From Polyangiaceae bacterium (lineage in GTDB: Bacteria > Myxococcota_A > Polyangia > Polyangiales > Polyangiaceae), in contig JBILLK010000003.1 in the NCBI GenBank assembly GCA_044376115.1, positions 224,001 to 288,000 of the forward strand: a stretch of DNA of 64,000 bases, read 5' to 3'. The notes under the pieces are model-generated. The model was not told where the DNA came from. It made no database searches and was given only the letters and a program-made list of their open reading frames with translations. Positions 58,405 through 64,000 of the stretch are shown one piece after another (the stretch's first letter is position 1; every line of letters begins with the position of its first letter). Position numbers and translations under genes: made by a program.

Positions 58405-58862
58405 TCGGAAGCCGCGGCTAACGAGCTATCCGCAGCGGCGGACAGCGAACTCTTCGGGCTCGTTAGCCGCTTTGTGAGCACCATACCGAGCAGCATTCCG
58501 CCGACGAACAAAAGCGGGGACAGCGTCCCCGTTGCCGCGGTCACGAGGGAAGGTCCGGGGCAGTAGCCTCCAAGTCCCCACCCTACACCGAAGATGGCCG
58601 CACCTGCGATTAGTGGCCTATCGATCCGCCGCTTGCTCGGCAGTTGAAAGGATGGGCTGAGGAGCGGTCGCGCGCGCTTGAGGATCAACCGACGGAGCAG
58701 TAGATGAACGCCAATTGCTCCGACCATGACCCAAGCCAAACTCGGGTCCCGTTGGCCTGCTACGTCCAAAAAGCCAAGCACTTTGTCCGGGCGCACCATG
58801 CCCGAGGTGAGCAAGCCAACGCCGAACAGCGCCCCGGCTACCAAAGCAGAAAAGACGCGCAT
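58398..58862 (-). CDS. YeeE/YedE-family sulfur-compound transporter subunit (DUF6691 type)
   Basis: FG.GL..SGM..P.KVLGFLD..G..DPSL, FGVGWG..GYCPGP; TAATG overlap with the upstream gene. Confidence 0.9.
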   Translation of the reverse strand: MRVFSALVAGALFGVGLLTSGMVRPDKVLGFLDVAGQRDPSLAWVMVGAIGVHLLLRRLILKRARPLLSPSFQLPSKRRIDRPLIAGAAIFGVGWGLGGYCPGPSLVTAATGTLSPLLFVGGMLLGMVLTKRLTSPKSSLSAAADSSLAAASDQ

Positions 58863-59287
58863 TACTGCCCCCCCTGGCCAACGAGATGACGCACGATGAA
58901 GACGGTAAGTCCACCCGTGAACATAAAGGTCACGGTGGCAATCACCGAACGCAGTCGCAGCGCCGAGATACCGCATACTCCATGGCCGCTGGTGCAGCCG
59001 GAGCCCAACTGAGTCCCCACTCCGACAAGCAGCCCAGCCAAACCAACGAGGCCGATTGGAGTTGGTGAAGCGCCAAAGCTGGTCGGGGAGAAGACCGCAA
59101 AGCCCAGGCCCACGACGATCAGCCCGCCCAAGAACGCGAGGCCGGTCGACCGGTCGCCATCAGGGCCAGCTGTGGCGACTCCTGACAGCAGCCCACTGAT
59201 CCCCGCCACCCTTCCGTGGGTCAAAAGAAAGAGTGAGGCGGCAAGACCAATCAGCGCTCCGCCTAGCAAGGCTGCCAAGTCGAACAT
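58862..59287 (-). CDS. YeeE/YedE-family sulfur-compound transporter subunit
   Basis: [30 protein letters not shown]. Confidence 0.92.
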   Translation of the reverse strand: MFDLAALLGGALIGLAASLFLLTHGRVAGISGLLSGVATAGPDGDRSTGLAFLGGLIVVGLGFAVFSPTSFGASPTPIGLVGLAGLLVGVGTQLGSGCTSGHGVCGISALRLRSVIATVTFMFTGGLTVFIVRHLVGQGGQ

Positions 59288-59329
59288 GTATCCGGTATAG
59301 CAGATGCATGTCTGCGAAGCGAAGGGACG

Positions 59330-59995
59330 CTACGTTGCGTAGGTCATGACGAGGTAGAGCACCGACTCTGTCTTGCCGGGATTCCGGTAAACGTGTGCCG
59401 AGTCGGCTCGAAACAGGATGGCGTCGCCCGTTCCGAGGAGGTGTTTACCCCCGCTGATTTCCAGCTCAACCTCTCCGCGCGCAACGACGAGATTTTCATT
59501 GGTTCCCGAGGCGTGGGCCTCAGCGTGTTCAACTCCGCCCGGCGCGATACGGATTTCGTAGAACTCGACGGTTCGCGCTGCATCTGTCGGAAAGAGTGCT
59601 CGGCTCGAGAAGGCGCCGTCGGCGCTGGTGAGGCGCTTCGCCTTGTCTTTGCTGAGGACCCGCACGTCTTGATTGGGAGCCTCGGCGATCAACGCAGAGA
59701 AAGGCAGGTCGAGCGCTTGGGTGATCTTCCACACCACGTTGATCGTTGGAGCGCTGCGTCCGAGTTCAATCTGCCCAAGCATGGCGCGGCTCACGCCCGA
59801 ACGTTGCGCCAACGCCTCGAGCGAGAGCGAGCGCTCTGAACGAAGACGTCGAAGATTCGCCCCTAAGACTTGGGAGGGTTCATCGGTGGGTGTGCTGTGG
59901 TCTGCTGCCTTGTGACCAGCGGAAGCAGCGGCTTTCTTCGCAGCCGTTGGTCGCTTGCCTTTTTCCTGCGTTGATCGACTCGAACTCACCATCAT
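59330..59995 (-). CDS. XRE-HTH + cupin transcriptional regulator (SutR/YdcN-like)
   Basis: LGANLRRLR..R.LSLEALA..SGVSRAMLGQIE.G.S.PTI..VWKI; cupin H..G..E...GDAI.F.AD..H.Y.N. Start ATG 59995 or 59992. Confidence 0.88.
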   Translation of the reverse strand: MMVSSSRSTQEKGKRPTAAKKAAASAGHKAADHSTPTDEPSQVLGANLRRLRSERSLSLEALAQRSGVSRAMLGQIELGRSAPTINVVWKITQALDLPFSALIAEAPNQDVRVLSKDKAKRLTSADGAFSSRALFPTDAARTVEFYEIRIAPGGVEHAEAHASGTNENLVVARGEVELEISGGKHLLGTGDAILFRADSAHVYRNPGKTESVLYLVMTYAT

Positions 59996-60133
59996 CTCCC
60001 AGCGCTTGCGAGCTGCACTTGGCTCTTGGCCAGAGCTTAGTCGCAACTTGCGCAAGACTGCAGCGAAACCTCGGCCAGAGTCTTTTCGGGGCTGCCATCG
60101 ATTCGACACCAACGGCCTGCACACTGCGCGCCC

Positions 60134-61267
60134 ATGAAGATTGACAATGCCGTTGACCCCATTCGCCATCGGCGGAATGACCCTGCTCGCAACGAGCTGC
60201 GGAGCGCGCGGATGTCGCTGCTGTTCGACTTGGAGCGCGGCACAAAAGTTGGGCTCGAGTTGACGCTTCACGCGCTTGCTCCACAGCGGGTGCTTCCCGC
60301 CGCCAGACGACTCTTGGCTTCTCAGGAAGTACGAGTGGCCGGGCCTCTGTTCGTGCGGGTCGGAACTGGAGGTGACTTCTCGGGCGCCCTGCAAGAGCTC
60401 GCAGAGTGGCTGCGATCACAAGGCCGGCCTGCGGCGGACCTGGCGCTCGTCCTCTCGTCTGATACAGCGGAGGAGCTGCTAAGCCGCGTGGAAATGGCGG
60501 CTGCTCGCTCGTTTCGTGTGGTCGTTACGGGAGCACTGGCAAACTTGCTCGAGATCTTGCGGGCGAACCCTCGCCTGCGCTGCGGCATCCGGCCGGACGG
60601 CCAACCGTTCTCCCAAGCCGAACCCCAAGAGCGCGCAATGGCTCTAGAGCTCGGTCGTATGAGCTGTGAGCGCGGGTTACAACTCTATGCCATGAACCTC
60701 GATACCGTGGATGATCTCGTCTTCGGTAAGCAGGCGAACTTCCGTTATGGCAGCGGTCGGCTCTGGGGTGGTGTTTCTAACTCGGTACCGCGAGCGAGCG
60801 CGTTTCACCGTACCTTGGTGCGAGTAGCCAATCAGCGGGCGGCGCACGATCCCATTTTCGAGCTCGAACAGGCGCTGGTGGAGGTGCGGACCCAGGGCGA
60901 CAACGATGATAGCGCCGAGCGTGCGCTGAGCGAGCTGGAGAAACCGCTGCTGGCTGCGCGCAGCTCGCTCGTGCGCGCGGTCTCCCTCTGGCGCCAAGCC
61001 AGCGAAATGGCTCGCATTGCGGAGGCCGAGCTGAGCCACCTATTGGAAGGCGTTGCGCACGGACGACCGGTACGAGGGGAGCGCTTCGAGCGTTGTGAGA
61101 ACTCCTATGCGGAGGCACGGGCGCTCGAAGCCTGCGCCCAAGATTGGCTTGACGAAGCGATCGCGCGCTCCGCTAATGCTCAATCCACGCTGCGCCTTCG
61201 GCGGGAGATCATGTTCGGAAAGAGTCCGGCGGTCCGAGGCGCTGGGAACCTGGCTCCGGCGGCCTGA
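60134..61267 (+). CDS. Degenerate EAL-domain protein with C-terminal helical extension
   Basis: LFDLERGTKVGLELT and GLQLYAMNLDTVDDLVFGKQANFRYGSGRLWG track the EAL consensus; catalytic residues absent. Confidence 0.65.
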   Translation: MKIDNAVDPIRHRRNDPARNELRSARMSLLFDLERGTKVGLELTLHALAPQRVLPAARRLLASQEVRVAGPLFVRVGTGGDFSGALQELAEWLRSQGRPAADLALVLSSDTAEELLSRVEMAAARSFRVVVTGALANLLEILRANPRLRCGIRPDGQPFSQAEPQERAMALELGRMSCERGLQLYAMNLDTVDDLVFGKQANFRYGSGRLWGGVSNSVPRASAFHRTLVRVANQRAAHDPIFELEQALVEVRTQGDNDDSAERALSELEKPLLAARSSLVRAVSLWRQASEMARIAEAELSHLLEGVAHGRPVRGERFERCENSYAEARALEACAQDWLDEAIARSANAQSTLRLRREIMFGKSPAVRGAGNLAPAA

Positions 61268-61363
61268 GCGGTCCAATGAGTCCATCGTGTGAACTCGGCG
61301 CTACATTCTGCCCACGGGGCTACTAGGCGTGGACCACAGAGCGTCGCTTCGCTAGGAGCGGAC

Positions 61364-62836
61364 ATGGCTCAAGGCTGGAGCAACCCCCTGCGGTACCTGC
61401 TGACGCTAGCAGTGACGGCTGGGTGTGGCGAAGCCAGTGAGGACGCACGCCAGGTCGAGATCGTCAATGTGATGACCTCGGCCGACGAGTCCCTGATTCT
61501 TACGCGTCCGCGGCTGGTGGCGTCGAAGTATCGACAGATGGCGCTATCTCCCTATGGATTTCTGCGCGGTAGCTTCCCGCTCTACAATCATGATGTAACT
61601 ACGAACGCCTGGGGCTTACCTCCTTCCAGGTACTACGCGGATGTCTCGCCGTTCTCGGTCGGGGACGCGCATGTAGAAAATTTTGGCCTGTTGCTCGGAC
61701 AGGACGGCGAACTCTCGCTGCACCCCAACGACCTCGATGGGGCTGACCGCTATAACTACCTATTGGAAGTGCGCAGGCTAGCGACCGCTCTGCTGGTCGG
61801 GCAATGGCAGGCCACGCAGCTCTCGAGCCAGGAACTCTCGGCCGGCGAGTCGCGGGCGGCAGCAGCGTTTGAGCTCGCCTACGCCTATGCCGAAGAGATC
61901 GCGGTGCTCACGGGCGATCGGGAGCGAGCTGCAGAGTTTGACGGCGGCATCGTGTTCGATGACCTTTTGGAGCGAGCGACCGAAGACCGAGATGCGCGTG
62001 CCGACCTCGCTGAGCTCACCGTGCTCGAAGGTGACACGCGTCGCCTGGTGCGCGGTCCAGTGGATGGCGACGACCCCGAGAACGTTTATCTGGAGCCAGC
62101 GCCCCTGGTTTGGACGCTGCTACCCGAGGTCCTAACGACCTACCAAACGACGCTAAAGTCTCCTCCGCCCTCGAGCTACTTTGCTATCAAGGACGTGGCG
62201 CGAGAAATCGGCTCGGGCGTCGCGAGCCGCGCGCGGATGCGGCTCATCGTGCTCGTGGAGGGGGAGACTCGCTCCCCTGACGACGACCTCTTGTTAGAGG
62301 TCAAAGAACTTGGGGACTCCGGGGTAAGGCCGGCGGTTTTTACCGATGTAAGCGCAGACTCGGTGACGGAGCGCATTCAGCTCGCGACCGACGTTTGCTT
62401 CGGGGGCGACGGCGCGGCTCCGCTGTGGGGAACCTCCCGCATGGCTGGGCTCAACGTGCAGGTGCGACTCGAGTCAAAGGCTGAAAAGAGCTTTCGTGTC
62501 ACGCGGTTGATCGAGGAGCTCGGGACGCCTGCGGCTGTAGCGGACCTTGGGCGAACGCTCGGCCGCGCGCTGGCGCAAGTTCATGCTGGAACTGAGCCGC
62601 TCGAGCCGGGAACGTTGATGCGGCTCCAAGCCGCTCTCCAACGTGACCCAGAGGGCTTTGCCAAGGAACAAGCCGCGGCGGCGCAGGTCATGGCCGAGGC
62701 CGTGCTTGCCGATCACGCACGCTTCGTCGATGCCCTGGAGACGCTCGGTCCAACGTTGGGTCTGAGCCCGCGCCCGGAAGACGCACTACGAGGGGAGGCC
62801 GCAGACTTGGTAGGCGACCCGCCGGAAAAACCATGA
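61364..62836 (+). CDS. DUF2252-family (protein-kinase-like fold) protein with predicted lipoprotein signal
   Basis: AGGAG RBS then ATG 61364; LLTLAVTAGC lipobox; KY..M..SPY.FLRG, GDAHVENFG, NDLD, GVAS, LLLEVKE. Confidence 0.82.
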   Translation: MAQGWSNPLRYLLTLAVTAGCGEASEDARQVEIVNVMTSADESLILTRPRLVASKYRQMALSPYGFLRGSFPLYNHDVTTNAWGLPPSRYYADVSPFSVGDAHVENFGLLLGQDGELSLHPNDLDGADRYNYLLEVRRLATALLVGQWQATQLSSQELSAGESRAAAAFELAYAYAEEIAVLTGDRERAAEFDGGIVFDDLLERATEDRDARADLAELTVLEGDTRRLVRGPVDGDDPENVYLEPAPLVWTLLPEVLTTYQTTLKSPPPSSYFAIKDVAREIGSGVASRARMRLIVLVEGETRSPDDDLLLEVKELGDSGVRPAVFTDVSADSVTERIQLATDVCFGGDGAAPLWGTSRMAGLNVQVRLESKAEKSFRVTRLIEELGTPAAVADLGRTLGRALAQVHAGTEPLEPGTLMRLQAALQRDPEGFAKEQAAAAQVMAEAVLADHARFVDALETLGPTLGLSPRPEDALRGEAADLVGDPPEKP

Positions 62837-64000
62837 GCCGACTTCTCGCCGTCGCTACGTTGCTGACTTGTTTTGCCGTACCCAAGCTGGTTCGCGCGCA
62901 AGCGGCGGCCCCCGACGCTCCTGCGACTGACGCAGAGCCGGTGACTGCTCCGCCCGGCGTAGCTACTGACGCGGTTGCACCTCCAGCCAAGGTTGAACCG
63001 GGTGTGAGTGCGGATACGGCAATTGCGAATCCCCCGTCGCCTGCCGCAAAGGCGGAGCCGCAAGCCCGCCGCATCGAGTCGCTCTATCCGTTGAGCGGCA
63101 CCGGCTCGAGTTTTCCGCTGGCCTTGGACCTTGGCCCGCTCATCGTCGAGGCGCACCTCAGCGTCTTTGCTCAATATGTACTTAGCGTGAGGACCGAGGC
63201 CGAAGAGTCGGATTGGTTCCACGAGTTCGAGCTTCCGCGGGCACACGCCCGTCTCGACGCTGCTTGGGAGGATGCGCGCGCACGTGTGTTGATTGAGGCC
63301 ATTCGCAGCGCGAGTGAAGGGTCGCTCTTGGGCGTCGCGGGGGATAGCTTCGTCACTCGCGTTAGGGAGGCGTGGGCTTCCTACACAGCGTGGGACGTGC
63401 TCGAGGCCCAGCTCGGATTAGTGCCTACGTTGACCACCGGCCCGCTCGAAGCAATGTGGGGTATGCGGCAAGTATCAGCCACCGCGGTGGAACGTACCGG
63501 ACTATTGGTCCCCGCGGACCTCGGCGCCACGGTGCGCGGCCTTTTCCCCAAGGGCTTCGGTTGGGTGGGAGTGGGGGCATACAACGGAGAAGGGTACGCC
63601 CAGCGCGAGCTCAACCGCGGCAAGAATATAGAGATAGCAACGGTGGTGCACCCGCTGGCGTTCAGCGAGGCGCTGAAGCCAGTTACAGTGCAGACCAGCT
63701 ACGTGTCCGGCTCACGGGGAACTGCGTTGGCGCGAGCCGACCGGATTACGGCCTCGGCTGCGTGGATGGGGGAGCTCATTCGGGGCGGCGTTGTCTTCAC
63801 CCATGCTTGGGGCGTAGACGATCAACCGGATACCCGCGCCATCGCCGCGGAGGGCTTCATCCGAGTAAAACCAATCGATCGATTGAGCCTCGGGCTAAAC
63901 GCAACCTACTGGGTGCGAGACCTGGCCGCCGATAGCGACTACAGCGTAGTGATCACGGGCGGCGCTGGGGTCTTCATCGTTGAGCCGCTGGCAGCTTTCC
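62833..64000 (+). CDS. Outer-membrane beta-barrel, OprO/OprP-like porin; runs off window end
   Basis: Not in ORF track (no stop in window). ATGA overlap with the DUF2252 gene; signal peptide MSRLLAVATLL...VRA, A/P-rich linker, then FELPRAHARL, VREAWASY, QLG, ADLG, GAYNGEG and amphipathic beta-strands. Confidence 0.7.
   Translation, partial: MSRLLAVATLLTCFAVPKLVRAQAAAPDAPATDAEPVTAPPGVATDAVAPPAKVEPGVSADTAIANPPSPAAKAEPQARRIESLYPLSGTGSSFPLALDLGPLIVEAHLSVFAQYVLSVRTEAEESDWFHEFELPRAHARLDAAWEDARARVLIEAIRSASEGSLLGVAGDSFVTRVREAWASYTAWDVLEAQLGLVPTLTTGPLEAMWGMRQVSATAVERTGLLVPADLGATVRGLFPKGFGWVGVGAYNGEGYAQRELNRGKNIEIATVVHPLAFSEALKPVTVQTSYVSGSRGTALARADRITASAAWMGELIRGGVVFTHAWGVDDQPDTRAIAAEGFIRVKPIDRLSLGLNATYWVRDLAADSDYSVVITGGAGVFIVEPLAAF

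Noticed and set aside
59996..60394. N-terminal extension of the XRE regulator ORF
   Set aside because: Overlaps the divergent EAL-like gene and intergenic DNA; the XRE-cupin is complete without it.
1..64000. Mobile elements, prophage, tRNA/rRNA or canonical defence systems
   Set aside because: No transposase, integrase, phage structural, restriction-modification or RNA-gene signatures were recognised by eye. tRNAscan-SE, Infernal and DefenseFinder would be needed to exclude them.

Overview
High-GC bacterial chromosome segment. The gene content points to Myxococcota, probably a Polyangiaceae/Sorangiineae-type lineage (inference): an ElbD-type ether-lipid multienzyme, three eukaryote-like Ser/Thr kinases, many Cys-rich and S/T/A/P-rich lipoproteins, and a DUF4388 response regulator. 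It holds about 52 protein-coding genes. I saw no rRNA, tRNA, CRISPR array or transposase. Housekeeping genes are ffh, thiO, purM, purD, aspS, a MutT-type Nudix hydrolase, a dCMP deaminase, a TruC/RluA pseudouridine synthase and a DTW/TapT protein. Accessory modules: (1) elbD with an extra C-terminal SCP2 domain, coupled to an elbE-like SDR; (2) a minimal, divergent chemosensory cluster (REC-DUF4388, CheW-like, sensor-less soluble MCP, double-Hpt CheA, no CheR/CheB); (3) class II photolyase, pirin and a CarH-type B12 photoreceptor; (4) a SutR-like regulator with a YeeE/YedE pair; (5) a catalytically dead EAL protein; (6) a lipoprotein DUF2252 kinase-like gene translationally coupled to an OprO/OprP-like porin, the best candidate here for an uncharacterised system; (7) a split HTTM pair; (8) three GT-C-type membrane glycosyltransferase-like genes. 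At DNA level, TANNNT boxes and sigma54 boxes often sit almost directly on start codons, suggesting widespread leaderless or short-leader mRNAs. All family calls come from motif recognition by eye; no database search was run.
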